DNA of 27,741 nucleotides from a virus. Lineage: Duplodnaviria; Caudoviricetes. The notes under the pieces are model-generated. The model was not told where the DNA came from. It was given only the letters and a program-made list of their open reading frames with translations, and made no database searches. A program made the position numbers and the translations under genes. Positions 18,207-26,706 of this stretch are shown here, piece after piece (within the stretch, counting starts at the first letter, position 1; the number at the start of each line of letters is the position of its first letter). The stretch spans positions 1-27,741 of IMG/VR virus record IMGVR_UViG_3300022177_000059; one strand, written 5' to 3'.

Positions 18207-19791
18207 AATTGATTTTCCCCATAATTGTAAAGTATATATGCTCTTCTAAATATTCTTTATCGGAGCATTCTTTTAATGTTAATGCTTTTGGCTCTATTTC
18301 TATTCCAAATGGAGCTATTGATTTAGCAATATATTCATAATGCTTTTTGTAAAATGCTTCTATTTTATTATCGTCTCCTGATATTTTTTCAAGCTCTCTT
18401 ATTTCAGCTTTTGCAATTCTTTGGCTTGTATCTTTGGCCATATTGTCAATAATCATATTTTCTTTTTTGTCATTCAATACTATTTGTAATTCTCCTTCTT
18501 TTTCTTTTTTAGCTTTAAATATATTTTTATTTTGTTCTTCAACTGAAATAGAAGTTGTGTTTTGTTTTATTTTTTGTGGCTCTATACTTACATTCTGTTT
18601 ATCTGTATTTGCAATTTGCATATTTAAAGGAATATAGTAATTGTCCCCACCTTCATAAGGATTTCTATTTTCAGCTATTCTTATCTCATTACTTGACATA
18701 GCCCCAATATACCATTGCTCCTTATAGGCTTGTGTCCTTGTTGCTGTATCCCCTCTTAGTTCTCCTTCAATTAACATTTCTGCAAAATATTTTTCATCAT
18801 CAAATAGTCTTATTGATGCTTTTTGTTCCCACTTCTTTACTTGTGGAAGTATCGTATCTTTTATCCACTCTAAATCCTGATGCTCAATATTAGAAAATGT
18901 GCTTCTTAATAGATGATTAATTTTATGAGGAGGCACACGATACCACCTGCATACTTCTTCTATTTGGTGTTGTCTTGTTTGAATGTATTGTGCTTCTTCT
19001 GCATTCTGTTGTAATTTGTTAAACTTTGCTCCAGCATCTAAAATAAATAGTCCATGTTCTGCCTGTCGTTTAAAACTTTTTCTCATATTATCCTGTTCTT
19101 TTGGATTTAATGGAATAGGATATTCGATTGAACCTGAAGGACGATAACCATTTTTAAAGAATGAACTCCCGAACTTTTCAGCGGCTATTGCAAGACCTAA
19201 AGAATCCCTTCCTGCATCAATAGGAGATATGCCATTAATTCCATTCGTCGATATTCCTTTTAAATGATACATATAATCTTGCAACCATATTTCACCTGTA
19301 GTTTTATGCTTATATCTAAGTTGCTTTAATCCTGCTATAGATACTATTTCAATATCTATTTGTGTCGGATGAATTGGAATTGATAATGATATAATGTCTC
19401 CATAAGCATTTCTTTCTATAACAGAATAAGCATTACCATATAGATTTAAATTGGTCTGCATACACTCCCTCCACTCCTGAGAAGTCTGTATTGAGTTTGG
19501 AGAAGTATGTAATAGTTTATATATGCTATGTTCTGAAGCCCTTCTTTTACCTCCATTTTCTAAACGTTCATAAGTAATAAATGGGAGTCCCGCTATAGTT
19601 TCAGATATAGCTTTATTGCAAGCCCATATTGCCGCTACTTTAATAGCATTTTCTACTGTAACTGATACCCCTGCTTCTGATAATAAACTTGCAGGATAAT
19701 ACCAATAATCATCCATTGGCCCCTTATCTTTTGAATCATTATTTGATTCTATTTTATTGCGTCTGAAGTAATTAGTTATCTTATCAAACAT
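18196..19791 (-). CDS. Portal protein, HK97 family, with C-terminal extension
   Basis: LYGNAY, GISPI, FFKNG..PSG, RWYRVPPHKI, STFSNIEHQ and NEIRIAEN motifs. Confidence 0.96.
   Translation of the reverse strand: MFDKITNYFRRNKIESNNDSKDKGPMDDYWYYPASLLSEAGVSVTVENAIKVAAIWACNKAISETIAGLPFITYERLENGGKRRASEHSIYKLLHTSPNSIQTSQEWRECMQTNLNLYGNAYSVIERNAYGDIISLSIPIHPTQIDIEIVSIAGLKQLRYKHKTTGEIWLQDYMYHLKGISTNGINGISPIDAGRDSLGLAIAAEKFGSSFFKNGYRPSGSIEYPIPLNPKEQDNMRKSFKRQAEHGLFILDAGAKFNKLQQNAEEAQYIQTRQHQIEEVCRWYRVPPHKINHLLRSTFSNIEHQDLEWIKDTILPQVKKWEQKASIRLFDDEKYFAEMLIEGELRGDTATRTQAYKEQWYIGAMSSNEIRIAENRNPYEGGDNYYIPLNMQIANTDKQNVSIEPQKIKQNTTSISVEEQNKNIFKAKKEKEGELQIVLNDKKENMIIDNMAKDTSQRIAKAEIRELEKISGDDNKIEAFYKKHYEYIAKSIAPFGIEIEPKALTLKECSDKEYLEEHIYFTIMGKINYEN
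18472..18498 (-). promoter_or_regulatory. sigmaH-type late promoter inside the portal gene, upstream of protease
   Basis: GAAGGAGAA-N11-ATTGAAT with an upstream A-tract. Confidence 0.55.
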
Positions 19792-19828
19792 ATTATTTTT
19801 TCCTGTATGGATTTAAACATAATTATTT

Positions 19829-19856
19829 ATTTATATATTATTTTACAAATTCCTTC
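19829..19856 (-). promoter_or_regulatory. sigmaH-type late promoter (portal), -10 variant
   Basis: GAAGGAATT-N12-TATAAAT with an upstream A-tract, intergenic. Confidence 0.5.
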
Positions 19857-19862
19857 TTTTTT

Positions 19863-21518
19863 TTAATCGTCGTATAAATCAAAAGTTCCATAGCTATATA
19901 TGCTTTGAGCTTTTTTCCCATCTTCAATATCATTGCTTATTAAACGGCCTAATGCCATTAAAGTACTTAATACAGGGTCAATCCTTTTTCTTTTTTTTGC
20001 TTTACCTTTAACAGGCTTAACATTTTCGTTTTCATCCATTTTGACTTCAACTAAAGAACACGACCATTTATACAATGGATTATTTCCGAACTTTATTTTT
20101 TCGGACAATATCAATTGCTCAAATTTCTTTGCGGGAGAATTTATACTTTTAATGCCCTGTCCATAAGGAACAACTTCAAATCCTGCTCCCTGAAGCTCTA
20201 CAGCAATTTGTTGCGCATTGTATGTATCTATAGCAATTTCTTTTATATTCCATCCTTCCTTATCCCTTAAATTTATAATGAAGTCTCTTATGTATGCGTG
20301 GTCTATTATGTTGCCTTCAGTGTAATATACATATCCGTCTTTATTCCATAATGTATAAGGAACTTTATCCTGTCTTTCTTTTAACAAGGCACAATCTTTT
20401 GGAATAAATGGGAAGCAATGATTATGAAAGTATCCATCACTATCAACTGCAACTAAACTAAATGCAGTTAAATCTTGTGAACTTGACATATCTAACCCAC
20501 CATACCAACTTAATGTTTTATCTTTAGAAGGTTCTAACATACAACATTTTTCTACTTTGGCCATATCAAGCCAAAGTGTTTCTTGTTGCGTCCACTTATT
20601 TAGGTGCAATCTTAAAAATGTATTAAGATATGCAGGAGTATCTTTTGCTTTTTGACATTGTTCTTTTAAATAATCAAGCTGTATAGATACACCTAAATTA
20701 GGATTGCATTTTTTCCAGACTTCTTCTTTATCCCAATTATCATAATCAGATTCTTTTATTTCATAAATAACCGGCAAGAATGATTTATCTTTTATAATTC
20801 CATCCCGAACCTTACAAGCATAATCGTACTTTTCGTAACATATAGAATCTTTATTCCAACCAGCTGTAGAAATAGAAATGATTAAAGGCTGTTTTCTGCT
20901 TCCTGTTGCAGTCTGTAAAGTATCGATTAAATCTCTGTCTTTGTGTATATGTAGTTCATCGTTAATCACAAGGTGAGCATTAAGACCGTGTTTTGTATCT
21001 GCATCTGCCGACAATGCTTTATAAACTACGTCTCCTTCATAGTATTCAATGCTTTTAAATGTTTTATATATCTTTGCCCTTTTACTTAATTCAGAATTTC
21101 TAACTATCATTCCTGAAGCGTGTCTAAATGTTAATGCGGCCTGTTCCCTCTCCCCTGCTGAACTGTAAATTTGTGCTCCTGCTTCTCCATCTGTATAAGC
21201 TATTAAGTTTACTATCCCTGCTACAAGTGGAGTTTTCCCGTTCTTTCTGGGAACAAGTATAAGTGCTTCCCTGTAACGTCTTGTTCCATCCGGCCTTTTC
21301 CATCCGACTAAATTACCAATTATAGCCTTTTGCCATTCTTCAAGTATAAATGCTTGACCTGCTTTTTCTCCTTCAATAAATACTAAATGTTCTGCAAAAA
21401 AATCTATTGCTAATTGTGCGGATTCAGAATCAAAGTAACAATCTTCTTTACTTGCTACAGAATCATAATCAGGTATTTTAAATATATACTCGGGATATGA
21501 ATTGTTATTTGTTGGCAA
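19863..21518 (-). CDS. terL: Terminase large subunit (TTG start)
   Basis: Walker A PRKNGKT, Walker B VINDELH, ISTAG motif, nuclease GLDMS and RIDP. Confidence 0.97.
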   Translation of the reverse strand: MPTNNNSYPEYIFKIPDYDSVASKEDCYFDSESAQLAIDFFAEHLVFIEGEKAGQAFILEEWQKAIIGNLVGWKRPDGTRRYREALILVPRKNGKTPLVAGIVNLIAYTDGEAGAQIYSSAGEREQAALTFRHASGMIVRNSELSKRAKIYKTFKSIEYYEGDVVYKALSADADTKHGLNAHLVINDELHIHKDRDLIDTLQTATGSRKQPLIISISTAGWNKDSICYEKYDYACKVRDGIIKDKSFLPVIYEIKESDYDNWDKEEVWKKCNPNLGVSIQLDYLKEQCQKAKDTPAYLNTFLRLHLNKWTQQETLWLDMAKVEKCCMLEPSKDKTLSWYGGLDMSSSQDLTAFSLVAVDSDGYFHNHCFPFIPKDCALLKERQDKVPYTLWNKDGYVYYTEGNIIDHAYIRDFIINLRDKEGWNIKEIAIDTYNAQQIAVELQGAGFEVVPYGQGIKSINSPAKKFEQLILSEKIKFGNNPLYKWSCSLVEVKMDENENVKPVKGKAKKRKRIDPVLSTLMALGRLISNDIEDGKKAQSIYSYGTFDLYDD

Positions 21519-21535
21519 TGCTTACACCTCTCCAT

Positions 21536-22312
21536 TTATGGATACATATATAATATAGTTGTGGCTATGTTTGTTCCTGACTTTTTAAATGCCCCTGCTT
21601 CTACTTCTCTAATCTCATTACCATATAAATCAGGATTGTGATAGTTGTTTATCAAGTCTCTGAATGCTTTACTTTTTTTATTTTCTCTATATTGGAAAGA
21701 AGGAAGCATAACACTAACTAAATATCCATCTGGAACCAACATAGATAATGCGTGTGTTACGTGGTCTATATCCTGTTGCTTATTAAACGGGGGATTCATT
21801 ATAATAATATCATACTTATCTTTTGGATTGTATTTTAGGAAGTCCTCTGCTACTAAGTTATATCCTTTTGCCTTTAATACCTGTTGGCATTGTGGATTAA
21901 TCTCACATACGTCTAACTGATATGATATTCTATAATTATCACAATGTTTTTTTATTTTATCTGCTATAGCCCCTGCTCCTGCTGACGGTTCTAATATTCT
22001 TTTACCATTATCAAACGGAATTGATTCTATCAGTTGTTCTATTACATTGTCTGGAGTTGGAAAGAATTGATATTCTTTTTTTGAGTCTATAATAATACCT
22101 GTTTGTAATGCTGTATTAAGTCTATCAAAAGAATTATCTTGAATTGGTAAATGTGCCTTCTCTTTCTTGTTCCATTTATACCCAGCACATTCAAGAACTT
22201 GATTTACTTTAACATATAAACTTCTATCAAGTTGTATTTGTGGAAGGTAATAATAATCGTTACTTAATTCCCCCTGTTTCAATATGTCTAATACTTCACT
22301 ATCAATATTCAC
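21536..22312 (-). CDS. Class I SAM-dependent, likely N6-adenine DNA methyltransferase (gamma motif order; GTG start)
   Basis: QFFPTP (motif X), LEPSAGAG (motif I), MNPPF (motif IV). Confidence 0.88.
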   Translation of the reverse strand: MNIDSEVLDILKQGELSNDYYYLPQIQLDRSLYVKVNQVLECAGYKWNKKEKAHLPIQDNSFDRLNTALQTGIIIDSKKEYQFFPTPDNVIEQLIESIPFDNGKRILEPSAGAGAIADKIKKHCDNYRISYQLDVCEINPQCQQVLKAKGYNLVAEDFLKYNPKDKYDIIIMNPPFNKQQDIDHVTHALSMLVPDGYLVSVMLPSFQYRENKKSKAFRDLINNYHNPDLYGNEIREVEAGAFKKSGTNIATTILYMYP

Positions 22313-22401
22313 TTATCATTATCCTATGTATTATCTGTTCATATTTTTTATTCTCCTGCGTCTGTTAATATTCTGCTTCAATACAATTTATTTATTTTAG
22401 A

Positions 22402-22836
22402 TTATCCACACTTAAAATAGTTATGTTTATTTTGTGCCTGTTCTTCTTTATTATTACTATCGGATTCTACTTTTTCTATCCTTGTCCTGCTGGAAGGTGT
22501 TAATCCTAACTGTTGTTCAATCTTTAATAGCTGAGTTGCATAAGCATCTATTTCAGTATGTTTAGACAGTGGATTTCTTACAGCCCTTTTCCAAAGATTG
22601 TAAGTAACACAATACCTCTCTAATAGTCTCCAATCCAATTCAGTCAATACACCTAAATTTATTAACCTTGCAGATACTTCTTTCCATATTTTTTTTTCTG
22701 CTTTACTTAAGAACTCAGGAACATATTTTTTTGATAGTAGTTCCGGAACAGGTTCCTTATCATTTATTTTTGCTCTCCAGCTTCCTCTATTTTCAAGCAC
22801 TGAAGAAGGAGTAGGAGCAGGCCCTCTTAATCCCAT
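22402..22836 (-). CDS. terS: Terminase small subunit, P27 family
   Basis: MGLRGPAPTP...G N-terminus; GVLTELD...RYC; LGLTPSSR. Confidence 0.93.
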   Translation of the reverse strand: MGLRGPAPTPSSVLENRGSWRAKINDKEPVPELLSKKYVPEFLSKAEKKIWKEVSARLINLGVLTELDWRLLERYCVTYNLWKRAVRNPLSKHTEIDAYATQLLKIEQQLGLTPSSRTRIEKVESDSNNKEEQAQNKHNYFKCG

Positions 22837-23015
22837 TATATACCCCCTTCTATTTTTATATCCTTTATCAGTCTTGCTTTCTCCTTCATTAACGTTGTTA
22901 TAATCGTTGTGATTTCGTCTATAAATAAATCATTATTATATCTATAGATTTTGTCTGCTGCCTTCAATTGAGCTTCTATGTTTTTCAGTTGATTTTTTTT
23001 ATCTGTCGTTTCCAT
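22836..23015 (-). CDS. Unannotated 59-aa ORF (METTDKKNQLKNIEAQ...IKIEGGI)
   Basis: Open frame just downstream of a promoter; stop overlaps the terS start (TAATG). Confidence 0.6.
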   Translation of the reverse strand: METTDKKNQLKNIEAQLKAADKIYRYNNDLFIDEITTIITTLMKEKARLIKDIKIEGGI

Positions 23016-23025
23016 AATTTATCTT

Positions 23026-23053
23026 ATTCAATAATCCTTATATAAATTCCTTC
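23026..23053 (-). promoter_or_regulatory. sigmaH-type late promoter (terminase genes)
   Basis: GAAGGAATT-N12-ATTGAAT with an upstream A-tract. Confidence 0.65.
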
Positions 23054-23100
23054 TTTTTTTTATGGATAAAAAGGTTCAAAACCTGTGAATATAAAAATGA

Positions 23101-23160
23101 CAGGTGGGCATTCGGTCTATAGTTTTTTCACTGTAGAGATTTACTCCCCCCTCCCCTATA
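23101..23160 (-). other. Putative cos/packaging region
   Basis: GC-rich island between HNH and terS: GGGGAGGGGGGAGTAAATCTCT...AGACCGAATGCCCAC; layout typical of 3'-cos HNH/P27-TerS phages. Confidence 0.6.
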
Positions 23161-23227
23161 GCCCTAAAACGTTCCACAATGCCCCAGGATTGACACAAAT
23201 TTTGCCTATATAATCTGGCAAATTTTT

Positions 23228-23569
23228 CTATTCACCTCTTGCCGTCCTTCTGCTGTGGCAACTATGGCACAAGGCAAGCCATAAAGAACTATCCCAAAAG
23301 ATTTCTTTATTATCTTTTGCTTTGATAGTGTGATGAACTTCAGTTGCTCCTTTAACTATTCCCTGCTTATCACAATCGGAGCATAAAGGATGTTTAGCAA
23401 GATAACCTTTTCTTGCCTGTTGCCACTTGCTACTGTATCCTCTTTCAGAACTGTTACCTCTTTTACTATCATATCTTTTTTTAGCTTCTAACTTTTGCTT
23501 CTCATAGAAGTCTTTAAAAGGACTACTTTCATACTGTCGCTCACTATGGGACTTAGGCTTTTGTGGCAT
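23228..23569 (-). CDS. Terminase-associated HNH endonuclease (HK97 gp74-like)
   Basis: RGY..KW..AR..YL..HPLCSDC...ATEVHH...LCHSCHS. Confidence 0.92.
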   Translation of the reverse strand: MPQKPKSHSERQYESSPFKDFYEKQKLEAKKRYDSKRGNSSERGYSSKWQQARKGYLAKHPLCSDCDKQGIVKGATEVHHTIKAKDNKEIFWDSSLWLALCHSCHSRRTARGE

Positions 23570-23811
23570 TACAAACTTATCTCCCCAAAATCTTCTACTG
23601 TTACTATATTTTCAACTTCAGTATTTTGACTATAAAACTTGTCTAACTTTGGAAAAGCAATTTTATTCCATTCAGACATTGCTTTTTTTTGTGCTAATCT
23701 AATTTCTTTTTTGACTGTTTCATTATCTGACAACTTAAGATAATTGTAAGTTTGCCTAATCAAAAATTCTTCCTTAATTGATTTTATTCTTTTTTCAGGA
23801 TTTTTAATCAT
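23569..23811 (-). CDS. Hypothetical protein
   Basis: 80 aa; AAGGAAG RBS; TAATG coupling to HNH. Confidence 0.65.
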   Translation of the reverse strand: MIKNPEKRIKSIKEEFLIRQTYNYLKLSDNETVKKEIRLAQKKAMSEWNKIAFPKLDKFYSQNTEVENIVTVEDFGEISL

Positions 23812-23834
23812 ATACTACTTCCTTTTTTTATTTG

Positions 23835-23993
23835 TTAATCTTCATCTACTATTAAACCTGTCATATTGTAAATTCTATCATCAAAAAAATCTTCTATTGC
23901 TTTGGAAGCAATAAGTTGTTTTACCTGCATTTTCAATAAATCTATTTCTTGTTCCATTATTTCAATCTTTTTTTCCATTATTTTTTTTGTCAT
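23835..23993 (-). CDS. Unannotated 52-aa coiled-coil ORF (MTKKIMEKKIEIMEQEIDLLK...LIVDED)
   Basis: AAGGAG 8 nt before the ATG; fills the intergenic gap. Confidence 0.65.
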   Translation of the reverse strand: MTKKIMEKKIEIMEQEIDLLKMQVKQLIASKAIEDFFDDRIYNMTGLIVDED

Positions 23994-24032
23994 TTCATTT
24001 ACTCCTTTAGTATTTTTATTATCTATCTTTCT

Positions 24033-24060
24033 ATTTATGTATTACTTTTTATTTTCCTTC
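24033..24060 (-). promoter_or_regulatory. sigmaH-type late promoter (start of late region), -10 variant
   Basis: GAAGGAAAA-N12-CATAAAT with an A-rich upstream tract, intergenic. Confidence 0.45.
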
Positions 24061-24068
24061 TTTTATTT

Positions 24069-24683
24069 TTAATAATTTTCTTTCCCATGTAAAGCTATTA
24101 AAACACTTTCTGCTATTCCATCTGTATTTTTAAATTTTAGAATATTTTCCATTTCTGGATACAATTGTTTTACATAATTTATTGAAGAAGCCTTCATTTC
24201 TGCTTTGATACTTCTATTTAATCTATCTACTTCTTTTTTATTCAATTTTTTTAATGCTTTATCCTTTATTATTTTTCCTTCTTCTTTTAGTTTTTTTACT
24301 TGTGCCTTTAAATCAATAATGCTTTGAGTAGTAAGTTGACTAAAATATTTTTTCCATTTTTGAGGATGAACCTCAACGATTTTAAATCCCAAAGCTGAAG
24401 CCATTCCTAAAGTAAGTCCAGAAGATTTTCCAAAACTAAATGAAGATACTGCCCCTTCATGGGGCATACAAGATACAGCTTCCTGTATGAATAAAACTTT
24501 TTTATCTTTATACTTTGCAAGAATTTCAACTATCTTTTCTGTATCATATACATTTTTTTTCTTTTTATTTACTACAACAGATTTAACAGGTATTTTTTGA
24601 GCAGATATAGAATCAGATTCAAGAACTGAGATTCCTCCTGATAATCCTACATCTATTCCAATTATAATTTCAAATTTGTTCAT
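24069..24683 (-). CDS. RuvC-like Holliday junction resolvase with Lys-rich insertion
   Basis: IIGIDVGLSGGI, IQE.V, SSFSFGKS.G, PQKWKK and DGIAESVLIA motifs. Confidence 0.85.
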   Translation of the reverse strand: MNKFEIIIGIDVGLSGGISVLESDSISAQKIPVKSVVVNKKKKNVYDTEKIVEILAKYKDKKVLFIQEAVSCMPHEGAVSSFSFGKSSGLTLGMASALGFKIVEVHPQKWKKYFSQLTTQSIIDLKAQVKKLKEEGKIIKDKALKKLNKKEVDRLNRSIKAEMKASSINYVKQLYPEMENILKFKNTDGIAESVLIALHGKENY

Positions 24684-24704
24684 GCTATATAATCGGATTG
24701 TATA

Positions 24705-24739
24705 AATAAAAAAGTCCTGCCGGAACGACCAGCAGGACT
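24705..24739 (-). terminator. Intrinsic terminator ending the RHH-MTase-nuclease operon
   Basis: AGTCCTGCTGG-TCGTT-CCGGCAGGACT (11 bp, one G-U) followed by a U-tract. Confidence 0.85.
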
Positions 24740-24772
24740 AATAGTGAAAATATATAGGAAACAGAAAACTAT

Positions 24773-25366
24773 TTAAAAAATGTTATGTGAAGCCAATATG
24801 CAGTTTTTGGGAATATCATTATAATCAATCCAAAAGAATGAAGCATTACTACTTCCTGTTTTACGACAATTATTATCAATGTTTGCTATAATTGTATCTA
24901 TCACCCATTCTTCTTTATTTACTTTTGGTTTATATTCTTCATACAATTTTATATATTCTGCTTCTTTTTCTTTATACAAACTGTAAAAGAATTGGGGAAT
25001 ATTAATGATAATCCATTTTTCTATACCGTCTTCATTTTTATTCCAGTATCCACTAAAATAATATTGAGAAGATAGTTTAAAAAATTCACCTTCTTCTTTA
25101 GCATATTGTTTTTGCATATATTCCATTGTTAAAGTATTTGAATCTATAAATTCATTCCTTAATACTTTTTCCTGCAATGTTATTTGATTATCAAATAATG
25201 CTTTAATGACTGTATCTATATGATACATTTTATCTAATATAGCTTCGTCTTCTTTTATATACCTTTTGATAGATTTAATATTGGGGAATACATTTATATA
25301 TATAGTATCTACATAAGGAAATGATTTTTTGCTTAATTCCATATCTTTATTAAATTTATTATTCAT
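24773..25366 (-). CDS. Putative PD-(D/E)xK-fold nuclease
   Basis: LD...HIDTVI...TLQEK.LR...TLTMEY pattern; overlaps the MTase stop. Confidence 0.5.
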   Translation of the reverse strand: MNNKFNKDMELSKKSFPYVDTIYINVFPNIKSIKRYIKEDEAILDKMYHIDTVIKALFDNQITLQEKVLRNEFIDSNTLTMEYMQKQYAKEEGEFFKLSSQYYFSGYWNKNEDGIEKWIIINIPQFFYSLYKEKEAEYIKLYEEYKPKVNKEEWVIDTIIANIDNNCRKTGSSNASFFWIDYNDIPKNCILASHNIF

Positions 25367-26705
25367 TTATACAGCCCCTTTCTATTGCTATATTATAGTT
25401 ATTTTTGTCTATCTCACACCCGATAGCTTTACGTCCTAAAGCTGCTGCCCTAAGTAAAAATGTGCCTGTACATGCAAACGGGTCAAAAATCAAATCACCT
25501 TCTTTTGAGGAATTTAATATAAACTTGTCTGCTAAGTCGTCTGGTTTTTGCCAAGGATGATAACGATTAGCCTGCCTGCCATCCGGAGCATTAATTGTAA
25601 AACTTGCAAATTGTTCTGTGCAATTTGACGGTTTATTAATAGCAGGAGCATTTTTACCCCTGTAATATAATACAAACTGATAATTTTTGATATATTTATT
25701 ATCAGGCTGTCTTACTGTTGCATTGTTATAAGTCCATACAAGTATATCTACAAGCTCAAAATCAGTTATGTCTTTTGTCAAATATGCTAAAATTTCTTCC
25801 TGATATGAACCTATACAAACATACATTGACCCTGTATCTTTAATTTTCTTCTTTACACTGTAAATCCAGTTGCTGAATGTATGTATATTATCTACGTCTG
25901 TAATATATGGGGGGTCTGTAAGAAGCATATCAAAGTAATTATCAGGAATTGTATCAATAAATTTGTAAAAATCTGCATTATGAATAATAGGTTTATTTAC
26001 AACTTCTTTTTTGTATTCTTTGATTTTTTCTTCTTCCCTAAGTTGTTTTACTGCCATTCCTACATTATCAACTTTACCCGATTCTATTTTAGATATAACT
26101 ATTTCTTTTTGGTCTTCAGGCAATTTATCGATTGCTTTTGCAGATACATAGGCTTTATTGATTGTAATTTCCCCTGATTGAACTTTTTGTTTTATCACTT
26201 CAGGAGCTTTTGCTTGAATCATTTTTACCTTTTGTATTGTATCGTGAGAAGTATTTGCAATTTTTGCAAGTTCTTCCCTTGTGTCTATTGTGTTTTGGGA
26301 CTTTGCAGAATTCTGCAAAGTAGTCTTTCTTATATGTTCTTTTCCTTTTGCCCTTGCCTTAAATAGTTCTTCCAGCTCTAAAGCAAGAACTGCCCTTTGA
26401 TAAGTGCTGATATTCCTCCTGCCAAACTGATTTTTTATTATCCATTCTTTTACTGCTTCCCTACTATCAAACTGCATATCTAAAGTAGTAAACGATATGT
26501 TATTTTGACTGCATATTTCATATCTATTATGTCCGTCAACTATAATTCCATTCCATACTTTGATTGAATCTAAACACCCATTTTCAACTATATTTTTTTC
26601 AAGTTGAACTTTTTCTTCTGGATTTAAAGCAGGTATAAGTTTTTGAAACTCTGAATCTACTATAAGTTCTTTTGTGTTTTGATAAATACTTGTTTCTGTT
26701 TCCAT
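25359..26705 (-). CDS. ParB-like N-terminal domain fused to an N6/N4 DNA methyltransferase (beta motif order)
   Basis: IVDGHNRY and NQFGRRN (ParB-like); TDPPY, HPWQKP, DPFACTGT and IGCEID (MTase). Confidence 0.9.
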   Translation of the reverse strand: METETSIYQNTKELIVDSEFQKLIPALNPEEKVQLEKNIVENGCLDSIKVWNGIIVDGHNRYEICSQNNISFTTLDMQFDSREAVKEWIIKNQFGRRNISTYQRAVLALELEELFKARAKGKEHIRKTTLQNSAKSQNTIDTREELAKIANTSHDTIQKVKMIQAKAPEVIKQKVQSGEITINKAYVSAKAIDKLPEDQKEIVISKIESGKVDNVGMAVKQLREEEKIKEYKKEVVNKPIIHNADFYKFIDTIPDNYFDMLLTDPPYITDVDNIHTFSNWIYSVKKKIKDTGSMYVCIGSYQEEILAYLTKDITDFELVDILVWTYNNATVRQPDNKYIKNYQFVLYYRGKNAPAINKPSNCTEQFASFTINAPDGRQANRYHPWQKPDDLADKFILNSSKEGDLIFDPFACTGTFLLRAAALGRKAIGCEIDKNNYNIAIERGCINE

Positions 26706-26706
26706 A

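Noticed and set aside
19828-19835. T4-type late promoter TATAAATA
   Set aside because: Expected by chance in AT-rich DNA and better explained as the -10 variant of the sigmaH-type motif
22313-22357. AGGAG-led ATG at 22342 in frame with the MTase GTG
   Set aside because: Four in-frame stops within ten codons; at most a 3-aa mini-ORF or insertion relic
23190-23214. Perfect TTGACA and TATAAT hexamers on the + strand
   Set aside because: Spacer is only 13 nt, too short for sigma70; the -35 overlaps the 16-bp repeat
117-26366. Other antisense ORFs in the track (117-305, 214-459, 7065-7259, 7845-8063, 8509-8841, 8845-9306, 14868-15089, 16357-16656, 16915-17292, 17326-17589, 18434-18637, 19933-20166, 21645-21920, 25881-26366)
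   Set aside because: They lie opposite well-supported genes and have no motifs or RBS
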